Source: Bacilli bacterium (GTDB lineage Bacteria; Bacillota_I; Bacilli_A; RF39; UBA660). From it: 37,343 bases of DNA. Positions 13,265 to 22,345 of this stretch are shown here, piece after piece. A model generated the notes under the pieces. The model saw nothing but the letters and a program-made list of their open reading frames with translations, ran no database searches and was not told the origin of the DNA. The stretch spans positions 1 through 37,343 of the forward strand of contig JAZTXT010000040.1 in the NCBI GenBank assembly GCA_045636525.1, given 5' to 3'. A program made the position numbers and the translations under genes. The stretch's first letter is position 1; each line of letters starts with the position of its first letter.

Positions 13265-14938
13265 CTACTTAACCTCTTCCTTATTATTCTTAATATCCAT
13301 AACAATAGGCAAGATAATAGGAACTCTACCAGTCTTATCAGACAATATTGGTAGTAGACCATTAATCATCTCATTCTTCATATCATTAAAGTTAAATACC
13401 TTCTTCTTAAGCTCACTATTAATAATCTCTTCAGCTTTAACCTGAATATCTCTAATCAAATCAGTATTCTCATTAACTAAGATATACCCTCTAGTAGTAA
13501 TCGCAGGACTACCAAGAAGTACCTTGTTCTCTATATCAATATTAGCAATAATAACAAGAATACCATTGTTACTCATAAGAATTCTGTCCTTTATAACAGC
13601 GCTTCCTACTTCACCAATACGAGAACCATCTACATATACTTCACCAGCTTGAACCTTACCACCGCGAGTAAGCTCTCCTTTAACTAAGTCAAGTACATCT
13701 CCGTTCTCACATATAAAAGTATTCTCTTTGGGTACATCACACATAACTGCTAAGTCAGTATGAGTCTTAAGCATTCTAAACTCACCATGATAAGGAACAA
13801 AATATTTAGGTTTAAATAATCTCATCATAAGTTTAAGTTCTTCTTGATTAGCATGCCCTGAAGAGTGAATATCAGTCATATTATTAGTAAATACCTTAAC
13901 GCCTTTCTTGTATAACTTATTAATAGTCTTAGATACAGAAGCAGTATTTCCTGGAATAGGAGAAGACGAGAATATAACAATATCATCAGGTCTCAAACTA
14001 ATCTGTCTATGAGTACCACTTGCAATTCTAGAAAGTGCCGCTAGTGGTTCCCCCTGACTACCAGTACAAAGTAAACATACCTCTCCTGGTTTCAAATGAT
14101 TAGCTTCTTCCGCAGTAACAATAATACTACTATCCTTAAAGTATCCACATTTAAGCGCAATATCTACAGTATTCTCCATACTTCTACCAAATAGCGCAAT
14201 CTTCCTATTATTCTTTTTGCAAGTTTCTATAATATGATTAATTCTATATACATTCGAAGCAAAAGTAGCAAGAATAATTCTTCTATGCTTATAAGCTTCA
14301 AATATCTCGCCTAAATTCTCGTCAACAACAGATTCACTAAGAGATACGCCGGCAGATAGTGCATTTGTAGAGTCGCTCATAAGAACAGATACTCCCTCTT
14401 CACCAATCCTAGCCATCTTATGTAAGTTAGCAACAGGACCAATAGGAGTCATATCCATCTTAAAGTCTCCAGTCATAACAATTCTTCCATCAGGAGTACC
14501 TATAGATAAACCATGAGAATCAGGAATAGAGTGGGTTGTTCTAAAAAATTCAATATTAAAAAATTTAGTTTTAATAACAGTATTTTCTTCATATACAATT
14601 AAATTTTTATAATAAATATTTCTTTCTTCTAATTTCTTTTCAATAAGTTCTTTAGCATTTTGGGGAGCATAAATCTTAGGTATTTCCACTGTTTGTAATA
14701 AAAATGGAATACTACCTATATGATCTTCATGTCCATGCGTAATAATAAGTGCTTTAATTTTACTTTCGTTTTCCTTTAAAAAAGTGTAGTCAGGAATAAC
14801 ATAGTCGATACCAAGTAGCTCATCATCAGGAAACATAACACCAGAGTCCACGATGATAATCTCAGAATTATGCATAACAACATACATATTCTTCCCAACT
14901 TCACCAAGTCCCCCTAAGGGGATAATTTTAGTATTCAT
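13265..14938 (-). CDS. rnj: Ribonuclease J (beta-CASP metallo-beta-lactamase RNase)
   Basis: IPLGGLGEVGKNMYV, the HGHEDHIG zinc motif and an RNase J-type C-terminal domain are present; full length is 557 aa. Confidence 0.9.
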   Translation of the reverse strand: MNTKIIPLGGLGEVGKNMYVVMHNSEIIIVDSGVMFPDDELLGIDYVIPDYTFLKENESKIKALIITHGHEDHIGSIPFLLQTVEIPKIYAPQNAKELIEKKLEERNIYYKNLIVYEENTVIKTKFFNIEFFRTTHSIPDSHGLSIGTPDGRIVMTGDFKMDMTPIGPVANLHKMARIGEEGVSVLMSDSTNALSAGVSLSESVVDENLGEIFEAYKHRRIILATFASNVYRINHIIETCKKNNRKIALFGRSMENTVDIALKCGYFKDSSIIVTAEEANHLKPGEVCLLCTGSQGEPLAALSRIASGTHRQISLRPDDIVIFSSSPIPGNTASVSKTINKLYKKGVKVFTNNMTDIHSSGHANQEELKLMMRLFKPKYFVPYHGEFRMLKTHTDLAVMCDVPKENTFICENGDVLDLVKGELTRGGKVQAGEVYVDGSRIGEVGSAVIKDRILMSNNGILVIIANIDIENKVLLGSPAITTRGYILVNENTDLIRDIQVKAEEIINSELKKKVFNFNDMKNEMINGLLPILSDKTGRVPIILPIVMDIKNNKEEVK

Positions 14939-15022
14939 TAAATTCTCCTTTCATTAAATTTCTTCGTTAATAAATAAAACTAAATATAATAAAAAATTTA
15001 AAAGAATAACCACTGCTTACTA

Positions 15023-15051
15023 ATTATACTATAAAATAATTAAAAAAGCAA
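15023..15051 (-). promoter_or_regulatory. Predicted sigma-A promoter of rnj
   Basis: On the minus strand: TTGCTT (15051-15046), a 17-nt spacer, then TATAAT (15028-15023). This leaves a ~75-nt 5' UTR. Confidence 0.5.
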
Positions 15052-15076
15052 ATGGTACTTGTTATATTTTTTTGTT

Positions 15077-15160
15077 CCCTTCGAGCCTAAGGTCTCTCTG
15101 GGATTTTGTAAGCCTTATGGTCTTACAAAATAAATTTTAAAGCCTGTAGTCTTTAAAATT
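15077..15160. repeat. Hairpin-cluster repeat, copy 2
   Basis: Hairpins are cccttcgag-CCTAAGGT-ctctctggg (15077-15102, imperfect), attttgtaag-CCTTATGGT-cttacaaaat (15103-15131) and aattttaaag-CCTGTAGT-ctttaaaatt (15133-15160). The 5' flank tatatttttttgtt is shared with copy 3. Confidence 0.75.
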
Positions 15161-15199
15161 AGATGTATTATTTAAGTATATAAAAAGATAATCAAAAGA

Positions 15200-15715
15200 T
15201 TACCTTATCACATTACTTTTAATACTATAGTTATCATCCTTAATATAACTAATATCATATCTATCTAAATCAGATATATCAATAGTACCATTTTTAAGAG
15301 CACTACTAATAGTCTCCTCAAATTCATTTTCATATCTAACAATCATATACTTATCCTTAATACATTCCCAGTAGTAGGCATAATTATCATCAGAATAAAA
15401 TTCTTCAAGTGCTTCAGCACAAGCAAAGTCTTTGATATCTTTGGTGGTATCAACAATCTCTATAACGTCACCAATATCAGAACGACTAATACTACAAGAA
15501 AACTTAGTACTCTTAGCTTTTATCTGAGGAACAGAATATTCAGGACAATTATAAGTGTCATAGAAGACCCCTCTATATACAGAGTATAAACAATCACAAT
15601 CATCTGTAATAGCAAATATAGGTCTATTAATAGTAAAAATACAAACTATATCAATGACAATAGATAAAATAATAATACCAATAATAATTAAAAATATCTT
15701 AATAAATTTCTTCAT
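15200..15715 (-). CDS. Hypothetical membrane-anchored protein (single N-terminal TM helix, Cys-rich ectodomain)
   Basis: MKKFIKIFLIIIGIIILSIVIDIVCIF is a hydrophobic N-terminus. GGAGG lies upstream, and the gene starts 11 nt after the CPBP gene stop. Confidence 0.6.
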   Translation of the reverse strand: MKKFIKIFLIIIGIIILSIVIDIVCIFTINRPIFAITDDCDCLYSVYRGVFYDTYNCPEYSVPQIKAKSTKFSCSISRSDIGDVIEIVDTTKDIKDFACAEALEEFYSDDNYAYYWECIKDKYMIVRYENEFEETISSALKNGTIDISDLDRYDISYIKDDNYSIKSNVIR

Positions 15716-15726
15716 AATACCTCCGT

Positions 15727-16422
15727 TTACTTAATAGTTTTATTAATATACATACCATATAAAATAGATACAATAGTTAAAAATACAGGAGCGATCCATA
15801 TAGAAATAATATTCTCAGTACCATTAAATATAGATAAAGAGTTAACCAAAATATGAGTAATGATACATGGCCATAAACTTTTACTTTTATAAAATAAAGT
15901 AACAAATAAATAACCTGCTGCAGTAGCATACATAATCTGCATCAAAGTAGGAAGTATTTCTGCTCCATTAAGTAAATTAATAATATGACCAATACCAAAA
16001 GTAACTGAAGATACTATTATCGCAGTCTTTACATTGTCCTTTTCCATCATCTTAAATAAGAATCCTCTAAAAATAATTTCTTCAAGAAATCCAACACCTA
16101 TCATAGATATAATATAAAATATAATCTCGCTAGGAGTATTTTCTATATTAATACCAATCCATAAATTAACAGATATAATCAAAATTAAAGGAATAAAATA
16201 AAGATATTTTTTAGGATTAGGAAAAGAAGTTAAACCATAGTAACTACCGAGTTTATTCTTAATAATAAATATAATAATAAGAACAGATAATAAAATATTA
16301 GTAATTGATGTTCTATAATCAGTCATACCAAATAAATTAATACATAAGGAATTAACTAATATATATATTACAATAAGTAACATACAAAATAAAAATTCAT
16401 GTTTTTTATAAAATTTCTTCAT
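15727..16422 (-). CDS. CPBP-family intramembrane glutamic endopeptidase (CAAX protease-like)
   Basis: It is a polytopic membrane protein with EEIIFRG, FGIGH and HILVNS motifs. Confidence 0.8.
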   Translation of the reverse strand: MKKFYKKHEFLFCMLLIVIYILVNSLCINLFGMTDYRTSITNILLSVLIIIFIIKNKLGSYYGLTSFPNPKKYLYFIPLILIISVNLWIGINIENTPSEIIFYIISMIGVGFLEEIIFRGFLFKMMEKDNVKTAIIVSSVTFGIGHIINLLNGAEILPTLMQIMYATAAGYLFVTLFYKSKSLWPCIITHILVNSLSIFNGTENIISIWIAPVFLTIVSILYGMYINKTIK

Positions 16423-16439
16423 ATCATCACCATAAATTA

Positions 16440-16649
16440 CTATTTCTTTTGAGTAAGTTCTTTAATTTTTTTAGTGTCTTCAATATAAGATTCAACATAA
16501 CCACAATTAGGACATACAGCACATTTTGTTTTTCCTAAAGGTAACTTAAATATTCCTTTCTCTCTAATATCAATGCCATATTGGCCATTAGAAACCATAA
16601 TCCTTAAATCTTCTACCATTATAGTTCTACACCTTAAACATTCTCTCAT
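16440..16649 (-). CDS. Small zinc-ribbon protein (CxxC...CxxC)
   Basis: MRECLRCRT...CAVCPNCG. The start is moved to M5 of the track ORF because GGAGG lies inside the first codons of the longer version, 6 nt before this ATG. Confidence 0.6.
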   Translation of the reverse strand: MRECLRCRTIMVEDLRIMVSNGQYGIDIREKGIFKLPLGKTKCAVCPNCGYVESYIEDTKKIKELTQKK

Positions 16650-16748
16650 ACATACCTCCATAAATTACATACTATTACACCATAAGTATATCACATATTT
16701 ACTAAAAATAAATAAAAAGATAGTTATATTAAATAACTATCAAAAAAA

Positions 16749-18353
16749 TTATTCACTCTCCCCATAACTAGCAAGTAGTTCCTCATCAAAATTAATAATC
16801 TTACCACTAGGTAAAAGTAGAATTCTATCAATTCCAACACTTTTAATAAACTCTGCATTATGACTAACCATAATAATAGTGCCAGAGTAATCCCTAAAAT
16901 TATCACCAATAATCTTTTGTGTTTCAGGATCTAAGTGATTCGTAGGTTCATCTAGTAAAAGTAAGTTAGCCTTAGTAAGCATAATTTTGCAAAGTGCTAC
17001 TCTTGCTTTTTCGCCAGGAGAAAGTACCTCTATCTTCTTAAATACATCATCACCCTTAAAGAGAAAACTACCAAGAATATTTCTAAGTTCTTTTTCTCCG
17101 TATGCTTTATTATCAACATTTTCTAGAATAGTTTTGTCTATTTCTAATAGTTCTAACTCCTGTGCGTAGTAGGCCACCTCCACATCTCTACTTAAAGAAA
17201 TATTACCACTATTTGGAGTTAAATAACCCATAATAAGTTTAAGAAGAGTACTCTTACCAACACCATTAACACCAAGTATTAAAAATCTTTCACCTCTATT
17301 AATAAGAAAAGATAAATTATTATAAAGTAGTTCCTTATTAGGGTAATTAAAATAAAGATTATCAATAACAAGAGGTACTCTAGGACCTATCTTATTCGGA
17401 GTAATATTAAGTTTAACTCTGCCATATAACTTATCTCTAATAACGCGTTCTTCAAGTTTCCTTTCAAGTTTCTTCTCTCTATCTTTTCCCATTCTCTTTA
17501 AACTATGATTAGTCCTTGAAGCTGCACTTGCTCTTTCTACAAATTTTTCAAGTTTTCTAATTTCTTTTTCTTGTTCCTCCATAAGTCTTTCCCTAAGTTC
17601 ATTTTCAAGTTCTAACTTTTTCTTATATACATCATAATTACCATCATACATAGAAATTTTATGATTATTCTTATTAATATACATAATCTTATTAACAACG
17701 CTATTAAGAAAGTTAGTATCATGGGAAATAATAAGTACCATACCTTTATATTTTCTTAAATAGTTAACAATAAAAGTCCAAGTATCTTTATCTAAATGGT
17801 TCGTCGGTTCGTCAAGTAGAAGTATCTCCGGTTTCGAATATAGTACTCTAGCAAATGCAATCTTTGATTTCTGCCCACCAGATAAATCTTTAAGTTTCAT
17901 ATCAAGTAAATCGAGGTTAATATTCATATTATCAATAAGACTAAGTAGAATACTCTCATAACTATATGCTTCATAATAATCAAGTCTATTTTGAACATAG
18001 TTAATTCTCTTCATAATCTTATCTTGATCATCGTCAGTAGCTATCTTTTCATATAAAGATTGTAGTTCATCTTCTAATTTCTTTATAGGTCTAGCACTAA
18101 GTAAATAATCAAATACTGTAATATTCTCATCACCTATAATAATTTCTTGAGGTAAATAACCAATTCGTTTATCTTTGGTAATAATTTTTCCACTGTCAAG
18201 TTCTTGCTCTTTTAAAATAACCTTAAATAAAGTAGTCTTACCAGCACCATTAACACCAACAACACCAATTTTATCATTATCCTGAACAGTAAAACTAGCA
18301 CTGTCATAAATAACATTCAAATTAAAAGCAAGATTTAAGTCTCTACCAATCAT
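16749..18353 (-). CDS. ABC-F family ATPase (two ABC cassettes, no TM domain)
   Basis: Walker A motifs are GVNGAGKTT and GVNGVGKST. Signature motifs are LSGGQKSK and LSPGEKAR. LLLDEPTNHLD occurs twice, and a charged ~70-aa linker joins the cassettes. The start is set at MIGRDLNL (GAGGTG 6 nt upstream). The 31-codon hydrophobic extension in the track ORF has no RBS. Confidence 0.85.
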   Translation of the reverse strand: MIGRDLNLAFNLNVIYDSASFTVQDNDKIGVVGVNGAGKTTLFKVILKEQELDSGKIITKDKRIGYLPQEIIIGDENITVFDYLLSARPIKKLEDELQSLYEKIATDDDQDKIMKRINYVQNRLDYYEAYSYESILLSLIDNMNINLDLLDMKLKDLSGGQKSKIAFARVLYSKPEILLLDEPTNHLDKDTWTFIVNYLRKYKGMVLIISHDTNFLNSVVNKIMYINKNNHKISMYDGNYDVYKKKLELENELRERLMEEQEKEIRKLEKFVERASAASRTNHSLKRMGKDREKKLERKLEERVIRDKLYGRVKLNITPNKIGPRVPLVIDNLYFNYPNKELLYNNLSFLINRGERFLILGVNGVGKSTLLKLIMGYLTPNSGNISLSRDVEVAYYAQELELLEIDKTILENVDNKAYGEKELRNILGSFLFKGDDVFKKIEVLSPGEKARVALCKIMLTKANLLLLDEPTNHLDPETQKIIGDNFRDYSGTIIMVSHNAEFIKSVGIDRILLLPSGKIINFDEELLASYGESE

Positions 18354-18378
18354 ATTATTCACCTCAAACTTAACATAA

Positions 18379-18407
18379 ATTATACAATAACATGTACAAA
18401 AATACAA
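18379..18407 (-). promoter_or_regulatory. Predicted sigma-A promoter of the ABC-F gene
   Basis: On the minus strand: TTGTAT (18407-18402), a 17-nt spacer, then TATAAT (18384-18379). Confidence 0.5.
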
Positions 18408-18420
18408 TAATATAGCTAAA

Positions 18421-18444
18421 TAAAAAAGGCCCATTAATTTGGGC
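18421..18444 (-). terminator. Intrinsic terminator after the 18456..19148 gene
   Basis: On the minus strand: gccca-aattaa-tgggc followed by cTTTTTT. Confidence 0.5.
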
Positions 18445-18455
18445 AATATTTCAAT

Positions 18456-19148
18456 CTAAAAGAACATTCTCTGTCTAATTTCATCTACAATTCTCTTACT
18501 ATAAGAAAGAATAAATGTAAGCGTGCTTATAATTGTAATAGGAAGCGCTGCATAAAATGACCAATTATAATTAATAAAATTGAATCTAAATAAATCAATA
18601 CATGCTTCTACTGCAATAATAGTAAGCCCACTAAATAGAAGTCCCAAAGAAAGTTTCTTTAAAAACTCCCCCTTCTTCCTTTTGATCAAATAAGTAACAA
18701 GCGTAATATATATCCAAACAATAAATATAAATGGAAGTACCAAATATAAATACCAGTGCATACCATGAGTCATATATGCAATAAATAACATAAATAGTTC
18801 AGTACTAACTAGATGAACAATTAAGGATATATAAATATTTTTAATAACTGCAAAAGATAGATGGGTACCTAAATATAATATTGAAGCTACTACATATAAA
18901 GACCAAGTAATGGTTCTAGAACTAGCGTAGTCTAAAAGTAGTATTAAAAAAGAAGTAATCATTAAAATAAATATAACAATTTTAGATAAATATTTATAAT
19001 TAATTTTCTTAAAACTTTCTACATTATTAGAGTAGACAGGTTCATATTCCACATTTATTTTATTAGGATTAATAACCTTAGTATTACAAAGTGGACATTT
19101 CTTTTCAGAATTTTTAAGTTTTACACCACAGTTTACACAATATGACAT
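18456..19148 (-). CDS. Zinc-ribbon domain membrane protein
   Basis: An N-terminal CVNCG...CPLCN is followed by about five predicted TM segments. It starts 5 nt after the upstream gene's stop. Confidence 0.65.
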   Translation of the reverse strand: MSYCVNCGVKLKNSEKKCPLCNTKVINPNKINVEYEPVYSNNVESFKKINYKYLSKIVIFILMITSFLILLLDYASSRTITWSLYVVASILYLGTHLSFAVIKNIYISLIVHLVSTELFMLFIAYMTHGMHWYLYLVLPFIFIVWIYITLVTYLIKRKKGEFLKKLSLGLLFSGLTIIAVEACIDLFRFNFINYNWSFYAALPITIISTLTFILSYSKRIVDEIRQRMFF

Positions 19149-19153
19149 TTTAT

Positions 19154-20437
19154 TTACCTCCCATTATTACTTTCTATTGTAACAGGAATCCCCATTTCAA
19201 CTAATTTAGTAAAGAATAATCTTTCAAATTCAGATTCTTTAATCTTTCTAGAAAAAGATATATATATATTATTTTTATAACTAACACATCCGCATGATCC
19301 AGGTTTACCTCTAGCTCTGCCAATCATAAAACCAAGTTCCTTTACATAATTAGACATTTCCCCCGGAACATCAATTACACCAAGATTAGATAGAGTAGTA
19401 GAGTTAAATCTATCACCAAGTAATCTTTCACTCATAGATAGAATATGTTTCTTAATAAACATAGGAATTAATCTAACAAAATAATTATTAGATAATTTAA
19501 CATTCGCAGTTATCTTTGCATTAATTCTCTTTTCATTAAGAAGAATATCCATGTTACCCTTAACTTCCTTAATAATCTCTTCCAAAGTATAATGACCATA
19601 CTTAGTATCAATACCAACATTAACATAAGAAGAAAAGTTTCTCATCGTAGTACTTCTATATATCTTTCTTAAATTAACAGGTATAGATATCTTAATAGCT
19701 TTTTTCTTCTTTCTTGAAATACTATCTTTCTCCTGTATTTCTTGTATAGCTAGTATCATAACTGAAGCCAAAAACTGAGTAACACTACAGTTATATTTTT
19801 CACATTCCTTTTTAATACTCTTAATAGGTATAGTACCGGTAATAATATTAATAATATTTTTATCTAGTAGAGTGCCTTTAACATGATAAGCAGAAGCTTC
19901 TTTGTCTAATAGTCCCATATCTCTAGCATATTTTTTAAAACTATCAGAATATTCCTCTGAATTAACTTTATCATTAGGATTTAATATTTTATCAGTATAT
20001 GTAATATATATGTTATGTTTAAGTCTTAGATATTCACATGTTAAAGTAAGTAAAAAAGTAATAGCACCAGTACCATCGGTTAGCGCGTGAAAGTATTCGA
20101 TAGCAATTCTCTTGTCAAAATAACGTATTCTAAACATAAAACCATTATTCTTTTTAAAGTCAATTCTAAGCATAGGATTATTAACATCTTCTTCTATATC
20201 AGGAGTACCATCAATATGTTTAAAATAACACCAAAATAAACCTTGTTTTAACTTATAACTAAAAGAAGGGAATCTCTTCATAACATTATTTAAAGCAGCA
20301 TTAAGTATTTCTTTATCTACTTTCTCTTTCAAAGTAACAGTCATTCTAAACATAGCGGCATATTTTCTAGATAGAGTAGATGGATATATAGTCGCAGCAT
20401 TATCAAGTTTAATCCAACTAGGTATTTTATTATCCAT
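19154..20437 (-). CDS. Condensation/alcohol-acetyltransferase-like acyltransferase (HxxxDG motif)
   Basis: The N-terminal KLDNAATIYPS and the FHALTDGTGA (HxxxDG) catalytic-type motif are present; 427 aa. Confidence 0.6.
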   Translation of the reverse strand: MDNKIPSWIKLDNAATIYPSTLSRKYAAMFRMTVTLKEKVDKEILNAALNNVMKRFPSFSYKLKQGLFWCYFKHIDGTPDIEEDVNNPMLRIDFKKNNGFMFRIRYFDKRIAIEYFHALTDGTGAITFLLTLTCEYLRLKHNIYITYTDKILNPNDKVNSEEYSDSFKKYARDMGLLDKEASAYHVKGTLLDKNIINIITGTIPIKSIKKECEKYNCSVTQFLASVMILAIQEIQEKDSISRKKKKAIKISIPVNLRKIYRSTTMRNFSSYVNVGIDTKYGHYTLEEIIKEVKGNMDILLNEKRINAKITANVKLSNNYFVRLIPMFIKKHILSMSERLLGDRFNSTTLSNLGVIDVPGEMSNYVKELGFMIGRARGKPGSCGCVSYKNNIYISFSRKIKESEFERLFFTKLVEMGIPVTIESNNGR

Positions 20438-20525
20438 AAATATATCATCTCCTATCTAAATATTAATATCTTTTGTTGTTATTTATTATAACATATATCC
20501 TGATATTTTTATATATTTTTTTATT

Positions 20526-20580
20526 CCTTCGAGCCTAAGGCCTCTCTGGACTTTTTAGAGCCGCAAAGGTCTCTAAAAAG
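20526..20580. repeat. Hairpin-cluster repeat, copy 3 (two hairpins)
   Basis: Hairpins are ccttcgag-CCTAAGGC-ctctctgg (imperfect) and ctttttagag-CCGCAAAGGT-ctctaaaaag (20551-20580). The 5' flank tatatttttttatt plus the first hairpin is near-identical to 15064-15102. Confidence 0.7.
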
Positions 20581-20615
20581 AAATACTATTTTAGTGATAA
20601 AAATAACAAAAACAC

Positions 20616-20645
20616 TTGTATTTATTAGCTTTATTGTGTTATAAT
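20616..20645 (+). promoter_or_regulatory. Predicted sigma-A promoter of the rimP-nusA-infB operon
   Basis: TTGTAT (20616-20621), an 18-nt spacer, then the extended -10 TGtTATAAT (20637-20645). Confidence 0.55.
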
Positions 20646-20660
20646 ATAGGTGTCTTGAGG

Positions 20661-20687
20661 AAGAGTGGCATAAAAATCCACTCTTTT
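20661..20687 (+). promoter_or_regulatory. Terminator-like leader hairpin in the 5' UTR of the nusA operon (possible attenuator)
   Basis: aagagtgg-cataaaaat-ccactctt (8 bp) runs into tttt at 20684-20687. It lies between the predicted TSS and the rimP RBS. Confidence 0.45.
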
Positions 20688-20709
20688 ATGTATATTTAGG
20701 GAGGAAAAA

Positions 20710-20958
20710 ATGATAGAAGAACAAGTAAAAAAACTAATTGAAGGACCAGTTGCAGAACTAGGAGTAAATATCGATTCAGTAACACTTGAGAAAGAAAGTG
20801 GAGCACTATTTTTAAGAATAGTAATCGATAGAGATGAAGTAATAGACGTTGATACATGTGTTGAAGTAACAAATGTAATTAATCCATTACTAGACGAAGC
20901 AAATTTAATTGAAGAATCATACATGTTAGATGTATCTACAAAGGAGAAGGGAAGATAA
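20710..20958 (+). CDS. rimP: Ribosome maturation factor RimP, N-terminal domain only (82 aa)
   Basis: VAELGVNIDSVTLEKESGALFLRIVIDRD...VDTCVEVTNVINPLLDE...SYMLDVS matches the RimP N-domain up to the usual [LV]EVSSPG position. It then ends (TKEKGR*) and nusA starts 3 nt later. Confidence 0.7.
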   Translation: MIEEQVKKLIEGPVAELGVNIDSVTLEKESGALFLRIVIDRDEVIDVDTCVEVTNVINPLLDEANLIEESYMLDVSTKEKGR

Positions 20959-20960
20959 AA

Positions 20961-22067
20961 ATGAATCAAAAACAAATAAAAGAATTTATGAAAGCATTAG
21001 ATGCGATCATAGAAGAAAAGAAAATAGATAAAAAAGTAGTTGTTGAAGCGTATGAACAAGGTATAGCAGCAGCCTACAAACAAGAATCAGGGTTACCTAA
21101 TGTAATCGCTAAATCAGATTCTGAAACAGGAGATGTAAAACTATATACATATAGAACTGTAGTTGAAGAAGAAGTAACTAACGAAGAAACAGAAATATCT
21201 CTTGAAGAAGCAAGAAAGATAGTTGATGATATTGAAGTGGGAGAAATCATACTTGGTAATGAACTTCCAATGATAACATTTGGTAGAGTAGCAGCAGGAA
21301 AAGCTAAACAAATCGTAGTACAAAGAGTTAAAGAAGCTGAAAAGCAAAGTATATCATCAGAATTTGAAGATAAAGATGGAGAGTTAATGGTTGGTACATT
21401 ATCAAGAGAAGACCAAAATAACTACTTTGTAGACCTAGGTAGATGTAGTGGTATTCTACCAAAAGATCAAATTATACCTGGTGAAAAATTAGTTATGGGT
21501 TCATCTGTAAAAGTATATGTATCTAAATTAGAAATTGGACCTAAGGGACCATTCATTATGTTATCAAGAAGTCACTATGGATTCGTAAAGAGATTATTAG
21601 AAATAGAAATACCGGAACTAGCAGATGGAACGATTATGTTATATTCAGTAGCTAGAGACGCTGGTAGTAGAACAAAAATTGCTGTATATACAGAATACAC
21701 AAATGTAGATCCACTAGGAGCAGTAATTGGTGAAAAAGGAAGAAGAATAGCTAATGTATTAAAAGAACTAGGTGGAGAAAAAATAGATGTAATTCTATAT
21801 GATGAAGATCCAGTTAAATTCATAGCAAATGCATTAAGTCCAGCTAAAGATGTTAAAGTAACTATCAAAAATGCAGATAAGAAAGAAGCACTAGCAGTAG
21901 CAAATGATTCTAACCTTTCGTTAGCAATTGGTAGAAAAGGTCAAAATGTTAAACTAGCATCTCGTCTTACACATTATAGAATTGAAGTTAAAAGTGAGGC
22001 ACAGCTAGCGGAAAGTCCTATGACACTTGAAGAACCAGTAATCGAAGAAGAAATAATTGAGGAATAA
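20961..22067 (+). CDS. nusA: Transcription termination/antitermination factor NusA
   Basis: A NusA N-terminal domain, an S1 region and two KH domains (IGEKGRRI, IGRKGQNV) are present, in the conserved operon position. Confidence 0.95.
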   Translation: MNQKQIKEFMKALDAIIEEKKIDKKVVVEAYEQGIAAAYKQESGLPNVIAKSDSETGDVKLYTYRTVVEEEVTNEETEISLEEARKIVDDIEVGEIILGNELPMITFGRVAAGKAKQIVVQRVKEAEKQSISSEFEDKDGELMVGTLSREDQNNYFVDLGRCSGILPKDQIIPGEKLVMGSSVKVYVSKLEIGPKGPFIMLSRSHYGFVKRLLEIEIPELADGTIMLYSVARDAGSRTKIAVYTEYTNVDPLGAVIGEKGRRIANVLKELGGEKIDVILYDEDPVKFIANALSPAKDVKVTIKNADKKEALAVANDSNLSLAIGRKGQNVKLASRLTHYRIEVKSEAQLAESPMTLEEPVIEEEIIEE

Positions 22068-22068
22068 T

Positions 22069-22329
22069 ATGAAAAAAATCCCATTAAGAAGATGTGTGGT
22101 AACTAAAGAGCAATTACCAAAAGCTGAGTTACTAAGAATAGTAAAAAACAAAGAAAACGAAGTTTTCATAGATTTAACAGGAAAAGCAAATGGCCGTGGT
22201 GCATATATTAAAAAAGATGTAAATGTATTAAAAACAGCTAAAGATAAAAAAATACTTGAAAGAACACTAGAAACTCAAATAAATGAAGGCGTATATGAAG
22301 AAATAGAAAAAGTAATAACAAATATTTAA
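22069..22329 (+). CDS. ylxR: YlxR/RnpM family RNA-binding protein (DUF448)
   Basis: PLRRCVVTKE...GKANGRGAYI. ATG 22069 is preferred to the TTG at 22057, which lies inside nusA. Confidence 0.85.
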   Translation: MKKIPLRRCVVTKEQLPKAELLRIVKNKENEVFIDLTGKANGRGAYIKKDVNVLKTAKDKKILERTLETQINEGVYEEIEKVITNI

Positions 22330-22345
22330 TAGGAGGTGGATACAT

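Noticed and set aside
16749-18446. The N-terminal 31-aa hydrophobic extension of the ABC-F ORF, and calling the protein an antibiotic-resistance (ARE) ABC-F.
   Set aside because: The extension has no RBS, whereas the internal MIGRDL start has GAGGTG. The ARE versus housekeeping ABC-F subtype cannot be decided from the linker by eye.
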